Below, piece after piece: positions 21,012 through 30,643 of a stretch of DNA of 64,000 nucleotides (position 1 is its first letter; every line of letters starts with the position of its first letter). Position numbers and translations under genes: made by a program. This DNA is from Candidatus Eiseniibacteriota bacterium (GTDB lineage: Bacteria > Eisenbacteria > RBG-16-71-46 > CAIMUX01 > VGJL01), in contig CAWBWI010000003.1 in assembly GCA_963792585.1 (NCBI GenBank), forward strand, positions 576,001 through 640,000. Direction: 5' to 3'. The notes under the pieces were generated by a model. It was given only the letters and a program-made list of their open reading frames with translations, had not been told where the DNA came from and made no database searches.

Positions 21012-21383
21012 GTGAAGCGTAAACCTTGGCAAACACTCGGCTACGACCCACTCCTGGTTCCGCTCCCCAAGCTCCTCGATGACCTGCGTGATCGCGTGCG
21101 TCCGGAGCTTCCACTTCGGACTACGAGTGTTGTGGCCCTACTCGAGCGCCTGAACCACGAGGCGAACATGATGACCGTGGGCGGCTGGGTTCTCCTGAGC
21201 CGGGATCTCCCTCGGCTCTTGCTCGACGTCATCCTCGTGACTCGCGTCGGGCTCCTTCCGGCGACGTCGATCTGTCCGCCCGAGTACACACAGACGATTG
21301 AGCGCGAGCTTGAGTCGCTCGACCACCGACTCTTGCTCCTCGAAGCTGAAGGACAAGGGAGGCTAGCTCACCCGCCGCGGTAG
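21012..21383 (+). CDS. Hypothetical protein
   Basis: 123-aa ORF converging on the recombinase at a hairpin. Confidence 0.45.
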   Translation: MKRKPWQTLGYDPLLVPLPKLLDDLRDRVRPELPLRTTSVVALLERLNHEANMMTVGGWVLLSRDLPRLLLDVILVTRVGLLPATSICPPEYTQTIERELESLDHRLLLLEAEGQGRLAHPPR

Positions 21384-21398
21384 GCGGGGAATGCGTCG

Positions 21399-21438
21399 CA
21401 AGGGGGAGGTCCGAGTGCTCAGACCTCCCTCCCCCTTG
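21399..21438. terminator. Hairpin between convergent genes
   Basis: CAAGGGGGAGGTC...GACC...TCCCCCTTG. Confidence 0.5.
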
Positions 21439-23040
21439 TCAGGTTTCTCGTGGCGTGATTTGATAGGGGTCGGTGGCCGCACCGGACGCATTCTCGAGGT
21501 CAGGAATCACGAAGTATTCGGTCGTATCCTGGATCCAGGTTCTGACGTCCTCCCACCGGGTGCACCAGTTCGACAATGACCCCGCATCCGAGATGAGACT
21601 GAACGGATTCTTGAGTAGGATTCGCAGTTTTCGGTCGCGGAGCGTCGAGTTCAGACCGACTGCCTCGAGTATCATCCGGCGCTGAACCGGCGTCCCGGAT
21701 CGAAACGTTTCCGCAGCCCGGGCCGCGAAACTGAATGTTGACGCAGTAAGTCCGGCAAGTTCCTCTCGTGATCGCATCGGTGCCGCCAGGCGAGCCTGGA
21801 GGCTCTTTTCGCGTTCATCCATCTCTTGCTTCCGACTCAGGTACGTTTCATCCGGGACGAGTTCCTTCAGACGCAATGTCAGGAGGTTTCCGGCCTCCCG
21901 CCGGACGGATGCCAACGACTTCTCGAGCATCCGACGGGATGATTCGCTCCGCGCGTGTTCGCTCGCGAGCGTCTGCCGCACGCGTCCGAGCACCCACTCC
22001 AGAACTCGCTCAGGCATCGTGAGTCGAGCCAGGACACGCTCGATCTGTACTTCGAGATCCCCTTCCGCGACCGCGGCCTCGCGACAGGTCCTTCCGGTCC
22101 GATTCCAGGAGCAGCGATAGTAGACGTACCGGCGGCCCGATGGCTTGACGTGCTCTTCGGCCGACACGCTCGCGCCGCAGTTGCCGCACCGGAGTAGTCC
22201 GGTATATGCGAACGCGTGTCTCTTGGGTCGCGGGCGTCCCGGCCGTCCCAGGAGTTCCTGAACGCGCACGAACTCCTCACGCGTCACCATGACCGGGTGC
22301 GATCCCGGGAAGGTCTCGCCGGATCGCAACCGGAGCACGCCCATGTAGTACGGATTCGCGAAGATCTTGTAGAGCGCCGACGCGGTGAGCGGCTGCCCTC
22401 CGGTCCGCTTGAACTGCCGGGTACGGAAGCCCCAGTCCTTGTTCGCGATCGCGCGAATCTGAGACGGTCGCACGGTTCCGGTCAGCATGAGCTCCCACAT
22501 GCGCCGAACCAAGTCGAAGCGCTTCGGGTCCTTTACGATCGTCTTCGCGAGAGGGTCGTTGACGTAGCCGAGGGGCGGCAAGAAGTTCGGCCACCCGCGC
22601 TGGAACCGCGCGCGATTGCCCCGCTTCACGTTCGCTCGGAGGTCGTCGATGAACTTCGTTGCGATGCCCAGCTCGAAGTTCCCCATGAAGCGGTCGTTTC
22701 CGTCTCTGGTGTACGTGCGGTCGGATGTAACGACTTCCTCCAGTTTGCCGTCGGCGAGTGCCTGGAGAATGGCGCCTGTGTCCAGATGGTTGCGCGCAAG
22801 GCGGTCCATCTTCCAGCAAATGACCCCACGAATCTGCCGCCGGTCAATCCGACGCATGAGGTTCCCGAACACGGGCCTCCCTGGCGCCTTCGCCGACTTC
22901 GCTTCGGTAAGCACCTCATGGACCGCAATCCCTTTCCGCGCGGCAATGGAGTGGAGTTCTCGTACCTGAGAATCGATCGAGAGGACCTGGCGGTCTTCCG
23001 ATTCTGTCGATTTGCGGGCGTAGATGACGTAAGGGGTCAT
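21439..23040 (-). CDS. Large serine recombinase (resolvase + recombinase + zinc ribbon)
   Basis: YARKSTESEDRQVLSIDSQ, WKMDRLARN, NPYYMG, GLLRCGNCG, YYRC. Confidence 0.95.
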   Translation of the reverse strand: MTPYVIYARKSTESEDRQVLSIDSQVRELHSIAARKGIAVHEVLTEAKSAKAPGRPVFGNLMRRIDRRQIRGVICWKMDRLARNHLDTGAILQALADGKLEEVVTSDRTYTRDGNDRFMGNFELGIATKFIDDLRANVKRGNRARFQRGWPNFLPPLGYVNDPLAKTIVKDPKRFDLVRRMWELMLTGTVRPSQIRAIANKDWGFRTRQFKRTGGQPLTASALYKIFANPYYMGVLRLRSGETFPGSHPVMVTREEFVRVQELLGRPGRPRPKRHAFAYTGLLRCGNCGASVSAEEHVKPSGRRYVYYRCSWNRTGRTCREAAVAEGDLEVQIERVLARLTMPERVLEWVLGRVRQTLASEHARSESSRRMLEKSLASVRREAGNLLTLRLKELVPDETYLSRKQEMDEREKSLQARLAAPMRSREELAGLTASTFSFAARAAETFRSGTPVQRRMILEAVGLNSTLRDRKLRILLKNPFSLISDAGSLSNWCTRWEDVRTWIQDTTEYFVIPDLENASGAATDPYQITPRET

Positions 23041-23055
23041 AGAAGGAGGGGGAAA

Positions 23056-23304
23056 TCACACTACCGTTTTTGTCGCCGCGGTGTCGAGTGCGACGACGTC
23101 TGAACTCGGACGGCCGGCGGCGCCGGGATCCTCTGGGAGCGGTGAGAGGAGCATCCGCATCAAGGCAATCAGTTCAATCGCTCGATTCCACGCGTCGTGG
23201 TCCGACAGCTCCACGCCGGTCTCGGCCTTCACCAATTCCGCGAATTCGCGAACATCACCTGGCCCGAGCGGAACACTTGGGGAAGAGAGATCGTCTAACT
23301 CCAT
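23056..23304 (-). CDS. Small recombinase-associated protein (candidate directionality factor)
   Basis: DVREFAELVKAETGVELSDHDAWNRAIELIALM; directly upstream of the recombinase. Confidence 0.7.
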   Translation of the reverse strand: MELDDLSSPSVPLGPGDVREFAELVKAETGVELSDHDAWNRAIELIALMRMLLSPLPEDPGAAGRPSSDVVALDTAATKTVV

Positions 23305-23412
23305 CGGGGTTGTTGCATCGTCCGCAGTCACGCCTCCAGCGTGACACCGCACCGGGAAGAGCTGTACGGATGGCGAGGACTGACCTATTGGACCTCGTGA
23401 GGATTATATGAG

Positions 23413-23421
23413 TTATCCACA
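23413..23421 (+). promoter_or_regulatory. Consensus DnaA box TTATCCACA
   Basis: Perfect 9-mer in the divergent intergenic region. Confidence 0.55.
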
Positions 23422-23486
23422 ACTCGTCCGAATCCCCAGGCCATGCCCCCTCTTTTCCTCTCTGCTGGGCGGATTATTCTAGACTC

Positions 23487-23771
23487 ATGCCACCACAGTT
23501 CACCCTCCGGAGGGGTCGGTGCCCGGTGCGCTACCCGAACCAGATACGGGAATACCGCCTCCGAGACAAATTTACGCAGCGGGATCTCGCACGAGAGACC
23601 GGTGTGAGCCGGAGCATGATCTCGGCTTGGGAATGCGGCCAGATGCTGCCTTCCGCGCCGAATCTCTTCAAGCTCGCGCGGGCGCTCTCCACGCTCTGCG
23701 AAGCGCTCTACCCGGCCCTGCGCGCAGCCGAGCGCGGTTTGGATCCCTCCGTTGAGACACAGATCGAGTGA
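23487..23771 (+). CDS. XRE-family HTH regulator
   Basis: NQIREYRLRDKFTQRDLARETGVSRSMISAWECG. Confidence 0.85.
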   Translation: MPPQFTLRRGRCPVRYPNQIREYRLRDKFTQRDLARETGVSRSMISAWECGQMLPSAPNLFKLARALSTLCEALYPALRAAERGLDPSVETQIE

Positions 23772-24406
23772 CCAATTCCCTGGATACCGTTCCTAGCTCG
23801 GCGGTCAAAGCCCCGCTTAGCCTCTCGCGTCCCGTCGACATCCTGGGACCGGCGATCTGGCTCTACGTCGCGCTCGTCAACGCTGCGGGCACATCGGGGC
23901 TGGCCATCCGTACGCGATCGCGCCTGGCGAGAGATCTCAGCGTCCCCGAGTCTGCCATCGACGGCTGGCTCGTGCAGCTCGTGAAAGCCGGGCTCGTGAC
24001 GGTTCACAGCCCCCTGCCGTTCCTTGTCCTGACGCTCCGATTCTGGTCTGGTAGCGAGGCGAATGAGCGTGGAAACCCGAGCAAGAGCGGGGAGCAGACC
24101 GCAGCCGCACTAGATAGCGTACCCGTCAGCAGCAGAGCAGAAGCTATAGCTCTTAGAAATGATTCTGTTGGGGATAGGGGGCTGGGGGAAGGGGAAACGC
24201 TCCGCAGCGAGGTCCTTGTCGTCCTGCCCGACATCGATGCCGGCGAACTCGAGAAAATCCTCGCGCGGTATCCGGCCGAGACGATCCGACAGGCAATCAC
24301 ACGGGTCAAGCGCACGCCCGAGCGTTCGATCCGGAAGTCCAAGGCCGCACTCTTCCGCTACCTCCTCGGGAAGTTCTCCCAATCCCCCCATGCCAACAAC
24401 CCCTGA
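23768..24406 (+). CDS. wHTH protein, replication-initiator-like
   Basis: AIWLYVAL..RLARDLSVPESAIDGWL wHTH; C-terminal IRKSKAALFRYLL. Confidence 0.7.
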   Translation: MTNSLDTVPSSAVKAPLSLSRPVDILGPAIWLYVALVNAAGTSGLAIRTRSRLARDLSVPESAIDGWLVQLVKAGLVTVHSPLPFLVLTLRFWSGSEANERGNPSKSGEQTAAALDSVPVSSRAEAIALRNDSVGDRGLGEGETLRSEVLVVLPDIDAGELEKILARYPAETIRQAITRVKRTPERSIRKSKAALFRYLLGKFSQSPHANNP

Positions 24407-24938
24407 CCGCCTCACGATCTCTCTCTCTCGATCGCTTCTCTTCCACCCGCGAGCCTTCCACGTGCGCCGAATGCACTTCGCCCTCTGGCTCTACCTGGCG
24501 ATCCTTGCCATCCTGCCGGCGAAGTCGGACGCCGTCGAAGTGAGCCCACGGGATCTCGGGACCGCGATGGGTCTCCCGGAAGGAACGGTGCGTGGCTGGC
24601 TCGGCCATCTCCGGAAGCACCGGTACCTCGCGGTCCGTTCGGTAAACGGAGTGACTTGCGTCCGGTTGAAGCGCCACGTCCACGTGGATCTGCCGAAGGA
24701 GTCGCCGCCCGAACGCTTCTTCACGGTTCCGAAGCTCGAACGGGCCTTGGGGGAGACCGGGTACCGGCAACTGCTCGATGGCGCTCTCGCCACCTTCCCG
24801 GACGCAGTCGTGAAGCCGGCCCTCGCCGCGGCCCTCGCGGTCCCAGCTTCCGAGATCCGTCGCTCCCGAACTGCCCTCTTTCTTTATCTCCTCAAACATC
24901 ACCCAAATGAGGCACCCATCAACGATCCTCGCCATTGA
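24390..24938 (+). CDS. wHTH protein, paralogue of the preceding gene
   Basis: ALWLYLAI..DLGTAMGLPEGTVRGWL; C-terminal IRRSRTALFLYLL. Confidence 0.7.
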   Translation: MPTTPDRLTISLSRSLLFHPRAFHVRRMHFALWLYLAILAILPAKSDAVEVSPRDLGTAMGLPEGTVRGWLGHLRKHRYLAVRSVNGVTCVRLKRHVHVDLPKESPPERFFTVPKLERALGETGYRQLLDGALATFPDAVVKPALAAALAVPASEIRRSRTALFLYLLKHHPNEAPINDPRH

Positions 24939-25401
24939 CCCCGGGCTTCGAGACCTCGGTTACGCCGTCCTTCGCGGACGCACGCTCGTGGATTCCGGAG
25001 TGCGGACTTTCCGCTTTGTGCCGAACAATCAACGGCACGCGGCGATCCTCCGGGCGCTATGGGACTGGATCGAGCGTTACCGGCCCACCGTTCTCGTTCT
25101 TGAGGCCACGCCGGGGAATGGGCATCCCACCTTCCGAGCGCTGAGAAGGTTGAGCCGTGCCATCCGGCGGCTCTCAGGGGCTGCCGGCATTCCGTGCTTC
25201 GAGTACCCCGCCCAGACCGTCCGAAAGGCTCTCGTGGGCAATGGCTGGGCGAGCAAGCGGGACGTGGCAGTAGCTCTGGCGAGCCAATATCCGACGCTCC
25301 GGATCTACGTCGCGCAGAACCGGGAGTGGAAAGAGAAATACTTCCAGAACATGTTCGATGCGCTCGCGTTGGCCGTTCATCACGAGAGGCACGGCCGATA
25401 G
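24907..25401 (+). CDS. ruvC: RuvC-like Holliday junction resolvase
   Basis: ILAIDPG, LVLE, ASKRDV, FDALALA. Confidence 0.8.
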   Translation: MRHPSTILAIDPGLRDLGYAVLRGRTLVDSGVRTFRFVPNNQRHAAILRALWDWIERYRPTVLVLEATPGNGHPTFRALRRLSRAIRRLSGAAGIPCFEYPAQTVRKALVGNGWASKRDVAVALASQYPTLRIYVAQNREWKEKYFQNMFDALALAVHHERHGR

Positions 25402-25562
25402 CCCAACCGCCCTCCCGGGGCCTCATCTGAGGCTCGTTCCCATCGGCAGCTCTCCTTGCGGACTGCCCCGTGCACCGCCGATTCCCGCGCAAGAAGGGAC
25501 CGGAACCGCACGGTCCTCTCGGGAGGGCACCACCTCATCCAAATTTCACTTCAACACGCACT

Positions 25563-26066
25563 ATGCTTCCCATCATCCTCGGCATCGATCCCGGCACGAA
25601 GTATCTCGGCATGGCCGTCACGGACGGCCAGCGCTTCCTCGGCGGAGGCGTCCACACACTCCAGAATGGGCACCGGCCGCATGACGTCATCGGACAAGCG
25701 CGGAAGGTCGTCCTCTCTTATGTGGAGCGGTTCAACCCGAAGATCGTGGCGATCGAGAAGCCGCTCCTCTACCCAACCAAGCGAGCGGCGCTCGTCTCGG
25801 TCATATCTGAAGAATTGCAGGCGCGCTCTCGTGATATCGGCATCACCGTGCACGAGATCGGCGCCCGTGAGGCGCGCCAGATGGTCCTCGGAAATGAGCG
25901 GGCAACGAAGTTCGATGTCGCGCACGCGCTCGTGAAGATGGGGTTCACGGAACTGCAGGAGAAGCTACCCGCGAAGCCGCCGCACCCGGTGCTGGGGTAT
26001 CCGGCCAAGGAGCTGTACTGGTTGCACATGTTCGACGCGCTGGCCATTGCGGTGGCAGTAGCATGA
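25563..26066 (+). CDS. ruvC: Second RuvC-like resolvase
   Basis: ILGIDPG, VAIEKP, ATKFDV, FDALAIA. Confidence 0.8.
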   Translation: MLPIILGIDPGTKYLGMAVTDGQRFLGGGVHTLQNGHRPHDVIGQARKVVLSYVERFNPKIVAIEKPLLYPTKRAALVSVISEELQARSRDIGITVHEIGAREARQMVLGNERATKFDVAHALVKMGFTELQEKLPAKPPHPVLGYPAKELYWLHMFDALAIAVAVA

Positions 26067-26305
26067 AGGGGTCGACGCGGGCCTGGGCAAGAGTAGAGAG
26101 TCTCGGAGCTTGTCGGCCGCAGGCGCGTCCAAGTAAGTAGTTTGGGAAATGGCGAAGTCCGGATGACCCAGACTCCCCGAGAACGCCACCATTATGGATC
26201 GCGACCGGCTGCGGCCTTCTGACATCTCGACGTCAACTCTCGAAGAGGCGAAGATAATATGCGGTCGACCATTCTCAGAATATCAGATCAAAAGGGGAGA
26301 GAGCC

Positions 26306-27199
26306 ATGGAAGCATACGCCTTCTATATCCGGTGCGTGCTGACAGGAGGTGACTTTGAAATTGATGAGTGGGAAATGCGTCTGCCGCTTCCGAAACCGGC
26401 GCGACCAATCGACGCGACGTTAGGGAAGCTGGTAGGTCGGACAGCGGAGTGGACGCTACACCTTCGGGCGAACGGGTTCCCGTCGGAGGCGGAAGCACGA
26501 GCCGTAGCCGTGCCGGTGAGGACGGCCATCGTGCTTGCCGGAGTGCTCCTCGGTGTTGGGATCGACGTCGGGTCTGAACAGACAGTGGGTCACCCACCGG
26601 CGACGACGACGGCTGGTCCATCGGGGCTGGTGATCGGACCCGAGATCGGCGGGAAAGGGTCTCTAAATGTCTGGGCTGGCCGCCCGGTGAGGAGGCTCCT
26701 CCCAGGCGACTTCGAGGAGGCCTTCGCTGAGAGCTACGCGTTGGATAGACCGCTCACCAAGAGGCAGATTCTCGCGACGCAGCTCTATAACCAGTCGCAC
26801 TTCCACACGTCAGAGGCTGCCCGTCTGTTCACGTTGATCTCGGCCGTGGAATCCATGGCGGAACGAGGTTCCAAATCTCCGGCCGCGGTCGCGCTAGTAC
26901 AGCGCATGATCGAACTGACCGGGCCGAAGAGTGATGTAGAGGAAGACGAGCTCGTGGCCCTGCGCAATGGGCTCCTGGATCTGCGGCGGCAGTCGATCTC
27001 CGCAGCGTGTCGAGCGCTCGTGCGGACACACTGTGGAGCACCCGCCGAGAAGAGCTTCGTACAAGCATACTCCCTCCGAAGCGCGTTGCTCCACGATGGT
27101 GAGCCGCCCTCCGGGACCGACCTAGCGGCAGAGTCCCGTGAGCTGGACGCGCTCGTCAGACTTCTTGTGACTCGCCACGTGGCGCTGATCGCAAGGTAA
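26306..27199 (+). CDS. HEPN (ApeA-like) domain protein, putative RNase
   Basis: ARLFTLISAVESM helix and C-terminal Y..RSALLHDG (Rx4H). Confidence 0.7.
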   Translation: MEAYAFYIRCVLTGGDFEIDEWEMRLPLPKPARPIDATLGKLVGRTAEWTLHLRANGFPSEAEARAVAVPVRTAIVLAGVLLGVGIDVGSEQTVGHPPATTTAGPSGLVIGPEIGGKGSLNVWAGRPVRRLLPGDFEEAFAESYALDRPLTKRQILATQLYNQSHFHTSEAARLFTLISAVESMAERGSKSPAAVALVQRMIELTGPKSDVEEDELVALRNGLLDLRRQSISAACRALVRTHCGAPAEKSFVQAYSLRSALLHDGEPPSGTDLAAESRELDALVRLLVTRHVALIAR

Positions 27200-27235
27200 A
27201 GTGCGAACTGATTAGTGGTGGGGAAGAGAGTCAAA

Positions 27236-27275
27236 TCGCGGTAGGGGCGCCGGGCGACCGGTCGCTCTACCGCGA
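27236..27275. repeat. GTAG-type REP-like palindrome
   Basis: TCGCGGTAGGGGCG-CCGG-GCGA-CCGG-TCGCTCTACCGCGA. Confidence 0.5.
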
Positions 27276-27418
27276 GTAGTGTGGTGCCAAGATCAGCGGC
27301 ATGTGTGTGTTGTCGACAATGGCATGGATTCTACAACTCAAGGGCGATATCCTGTCGGATGCAAAGAGGCCGCTGGTACTTGGGTGGCCACTCGGGCCGG
27401 CGACATTGGAGGTGGAGG

Positions 27419-27928
27419 CTGGACACGAATACGAGGAAGGAGCTCTTCGAGTACGCCAAGGTGGCGTTTCTCGAGCACGTTCGGATCGACGACCTGGTCG
27501 AGGTGAAGGCGCTACGCTACCTCACGGTCCTGACCGTCGTTCTCGGGGTGGCGGCGTTCTTTACGAATCGCATCCTTTCCACAGCCCTGCCGCCATCGTC
27601 GGGCCTTGATCGCATTCTCGTAACTGTGGGCGCAATTCTATTGATTTGGCTCCTCGTGGCATGGTCCGAGATCATCCGCCTTCTGGGCACGGGCGCCCTC
27701 CACACTTTGCCACTTAACTCGGCGGTGATAGGGTCATTTACGACCAACCCGGCAGACGACCTGTTCGTGTCGATAGCCAAAAGTATGGAGGACGGCCACG
27801 CCGAGAACGTCAAACGGACCAATCGCAAGTCAATAATCCTCAAGAGAGTGCACGGGATCATGAGGAGTGTGTTCGTTGTCTTTGTACTTTACGTTATCCT
27901 GATCGCGATACACCTCTGGACTCGGTAG
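27419..27928 (+). CDS. 3-TM hypothetical membrane protein (same topology as 10413-10919)
   Basis: VEVKALRYL + 2 TM, EN..N.K, final TM; strong RBS precedes a CTG at 27419 (start uncertain). Confidence 0.65.
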   Translation: MDTNTRKELFEYAKVAFLEHVRIDDLVEVKALRYLTVLTVVLGVAAFFTNRILSTALPPSSGLDRILVTVGAILLIWLLVAWSEIIRLLGTGALHTLPLNSAVIGSFTTNPADDLFVSIAKSMEDGHAENVKRTNRKSIILKRVHGIMRSVFVVFVLYVILIAIHLWTR

Positions 27929-27954
27929 ACCGGAGAACACGAGGAGGACCCGCT

Positions 27955-28293
27955 ATGAACGAGGAGAGTCAGCAGCCAACGCCATCATCACCAGCACAAC
28001 TCAATGGTGCCCCGGATAGCGCGCCGACACCGACTCCGCCTCGGCCACAAATGTCCGGGGAAGGGACGCAGGCGGAACCGACCCCAGTCACCGAAGTCCC
28101 CGTCGGCGACGGACAGCCGGAAGCGCCAATCGTGGTCCCAATTCCTTTTCCATCAACGACAATACTGATACTCACGGCAGACCCGAAAGACCCGACCGGG
28201 ACGGTCGATGTTCCGGTCTCGAAATTGGATGCACCGTTCCCCAACGGCGCCAGCGAGGCAGAGGCTTCGTCACCGGGGTCGACGGACGAATAG
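27955..28293 (+). CDS. Pro-rich acidic low-complexity protein
   Basis: GAGGAGG RBS, ATG at 27955. Confidence 0.55.
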   Translation: MNEESQQPTPSSPAQLNGAPDSAPTPTPPRPQMSGEGTQAEPTPVTEVPVGDGQPEAPIVVPIPFPSTTILILTADPKDPTGTVDVPVSKLDAPFPNGASEAEASSPGSTDE

Positions 28294-28778
28294 GCCGGAC
28301 TTCAGGGTCGCTGGGTACAGCCGGGATTATGCTCAATGCTTCGATGGGCGGCGCGATCATCACGGGCGCTTCTCGGTCGAGTGCGCGCTCTCCCTCGGCC
28401 CGTAGGGGAGTGTGGGGGACGTCCTTCATATTGTTCGAGCCTATGAAGTGGAACAAAGATGGTCGAGTTCCTGAGAGGTAGAGGCCCTCCTTGTAGCGGT
28501 GCCTCTGGTTCCTCCGGTCCAAGATGTCCGTGGCTGAGCCTTCACCATTACGAGCTTCAAGCGGTACCGGAACCCCGCGGCCTCGCCCGACTCGCTGGCG
28601 CCACCAAGGTCCCGGGCTCTGAGGCAGGATCTTGGAGGAAGCGCCGTATTCGGGGTCCGGTTCCCGGCCCAAGGACAAGCACTGGTTGGACATGATCGAA
28701 GCGCCGGCGGTGGAAATCGAATCCCGCTCTTCGCTCGAGGCCGGAGCGATCGGCCCGGGTCAGATCCCAGCCAGCGAC

Positions 28779-29174
28779 CTATTCTCCAAGCGCGTCGAGG
28801 ATGCGCGCACGCTTTGCGACAGAGAGCGGATCGGCGAAGTCGGTCTCTGCGGTCGGCGATGCGAAGTCGGCCGACCCGTCGACCAGCGTCGGGCACGCCC
28901 AGAGAACCTCCTCGCCGCCAGCAACCCGGGGAGCGAGGTAGTAGGTGTTGCCGTCGTCTGGATTCGCGTAGGTCCTGTGCGCCGGATCAGATCGATCGCT
29001 ATCGGGTTCTGTCATCGCGACGGCGTTCTGACTGTCCTCCCAGCGGGCCAGCAACTCCTGGCCGCGGGGGCTGGCAAACGGAACGAATTCGGGGACCTGC
29101 CCGACCTCGGCCCGCCGGAACGCGCCCAACCGGGCATCGACGGTCCAACCTTCGAACACGGGAAGTGAATTCAT
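28779..29174 (-). CDS. Hypothetical protein
   Basis: 131-aa ORF, LPVFEGWTVDARL...PFASPRGQELL. Confidence 0.6.
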   Translation of the reverse strand: MNSLPVFEGWTVDARLGAFRRAEVGQVPEFVPFASPRGQELLARWEDSQNAVAMTEPDSDRSDPAHRTYANPDDGNTYYLAPRVAGGEEVLWACPTLVDGSADFASPTAETDFADPLSVAKRARILDALGE

Positions 29175-29238
29175 AGGTGTCTGGGGTTACTAATGAAATG
29201 AGACGGGTCCTTTGGAGGGCGGCGCTCCGCTGCCTGTT

Positions 29239-29511
29239 CTACGGCCGCTTGAGCGTCGCGTCGTGGTCGCCGATCACGCGGAGATAGAGCGTGTCCTCGT
29301 GGATCTGGAACGTGAGCCGGTATTTCATCGTCACGGTCGCTTCCCAGATGTCGAGGGTTCCCTGGATCCGCTTCGCCCGCAGGCTCGGATGGAAGGGCTT
29401 CCCGCCTTCCTTGGCGGCGAGGAGGCGGATCGCCTTGTCAGCGCGGGGCTGCACTTCTTTTGGGAGTGAGTGGTAGCAGACCGCGAAGGTCTCGGAGAAG
29501 ACGACCCTCAT
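29239..29511 (-). CDS. RelE/ParE-family toxin
   Basis: HPSLRAKRIQGTLDIWEATVTMKYRLTF..LRVIGDHD; ATGA overlap with the antitoxin. Confidence 0.85.
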   Translation of the reverse strand: MRVVFSETFAVCYHSLPKEVQPRADKAIRLLAAKEGGKPFHPSLRAKRIQGTLDIWEATVTMKYRLTFQIHEDTLYLRVIGDHDATLKRP

Positions 29512-29801
29512 TGCTTTCGAGATGGCCGCTTCTTGAGGGCCAGGATGGCAGCGTCGGCGGATTCCGCTTCGAGCGTGCGCCCCGCCCGGAAGTCGGCGTC
29601 GGTTTTCGTCTCGAGCGCCCGCCAGCGGGGGCTCCAGAACCACGCTTGCTCTGGGTCGATTTCCGCAACGGCGGTGATGAGGATCCCCTGAGGAGTGGCC
29701 TCGAACGAGACGTATTGCCCCTCTTCCACGGGATAGGCCTTTCGAACGTCCTCCGGGATCGTGACCTGGAACTTCCGGCGGATCCGGGCTTTGGTGGCCA
29801 T
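29508..29801 (-). CDS. AbrB/MazE-family antitoxin
   Basis: FQVTIPEDVRK..EEGQYV; EQAWFWSPRW. Confidence 0.85.
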   Translation of the reverse strand: MATKARIRRKFQVTIPEDVRKAYPVEEGQYVSFEATPQGILITAVAEIDPEQAWFWSPRWRALETKTDADFRAGRTLEAESADAAILALKKRPSRKQ

Positions 29802-29857
29802 TTCGGGCTCCTTGAGGTGGGTTGGCATGCGGTTGAGAGTTAGAGAATCGTACTGTC

Positions 29858-29886
29858 AGACTAGCGTACTATCGGAATCATGTCAA
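29858..29886 (-). promoter_or_regulatory. sigma70 promoter of the TA operon (TTGACA-17-TAGTCT)
   Basis: Read directly on the minus strand. Confidence 0.7.
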
Positions 29887-30269
29887 ACGGGATTTTCCAG
29901 TCATGGGGGGGTCGCCGATCCGTATCGCCTCTCGTCCGGCCCCCTGCCTGCCAAGGAGGGGTTTGTTATCGCCTTCGTTTCCGCTTCGTTCGGGCGGCCC
30001 CACGAGGTGGAAACCGTGGGTCTTGCCTACCACAAGGGGCAGTCGGGCCCGGTGGCACGCGCCCTTGAGCTGGCGAAGCAGCGCCGATGATTGGCTCCTG
30101 GGAAGACTGACTTGCGACCTCGGCCGGTCATCAAGGGGGGATCAGGTCAACGGCTGCTGTCGCGTAGGCGTGAGGGAATTTTCAGGATCGTCTTTTGCTG
30201 TACCAGATAGAGCTACTCCGCCATGCAGCACCGCAGTGACCAAGAAGGCAATGCTGATCTGGACTCTCA

Positions 30270-30520
30270 TCAGGCAATCTTCGATTCTTCCACCCGGAGC
30301 GATGGAGCCGCGATCGTTTCTGGATTCTGGGTGGCGTATCCGAGAGCGCCTGCGTCCGCTGCCAAAGTAGGCTCGTGCGCGGCCTCCGGCCCGTCGAACG
30401 GCAAGTCGAAGATCAGTCGAGCCCCACCCTCCGGGCGGTTCTCGGCCCAGACCCGGCCCGCGTGGGCCTCGATGATCTCGCGGCAAATGGCGAGCCCGAG
30501 ACCGGTTCCCCCCGGACGAG
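30270..30520 (-). pseudogene. Orphan C-terminal fragment of a sensor histidine kinase (HATPase_c)
   Basis: Manual translation GGTGLGLAICREIIEAHAGRVWAENRPEGGARLIFDLP; no start codon, upstream stop. Confidence 0.8.
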
Positions 30521-30627
30521 ATGGGCCGCGGCTGGCTGGTAAGGACGGGGTCCCAAACCCCTGGAAGCTGGCCTAATGCGCGGCACTTCATGTTTCGTTG
30601 ATGCCAGTTAGGCCCATGTGGCTTCAC

Positions 30628-30643
30628 CCCTGCGTTGCCATTT
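30628..30643 (+). repeat. att-like end sequence, copy 2
   Basis: Identical to 653-668; similarity continues into CGATCnCCGAAACC. Confidence 0.7.
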
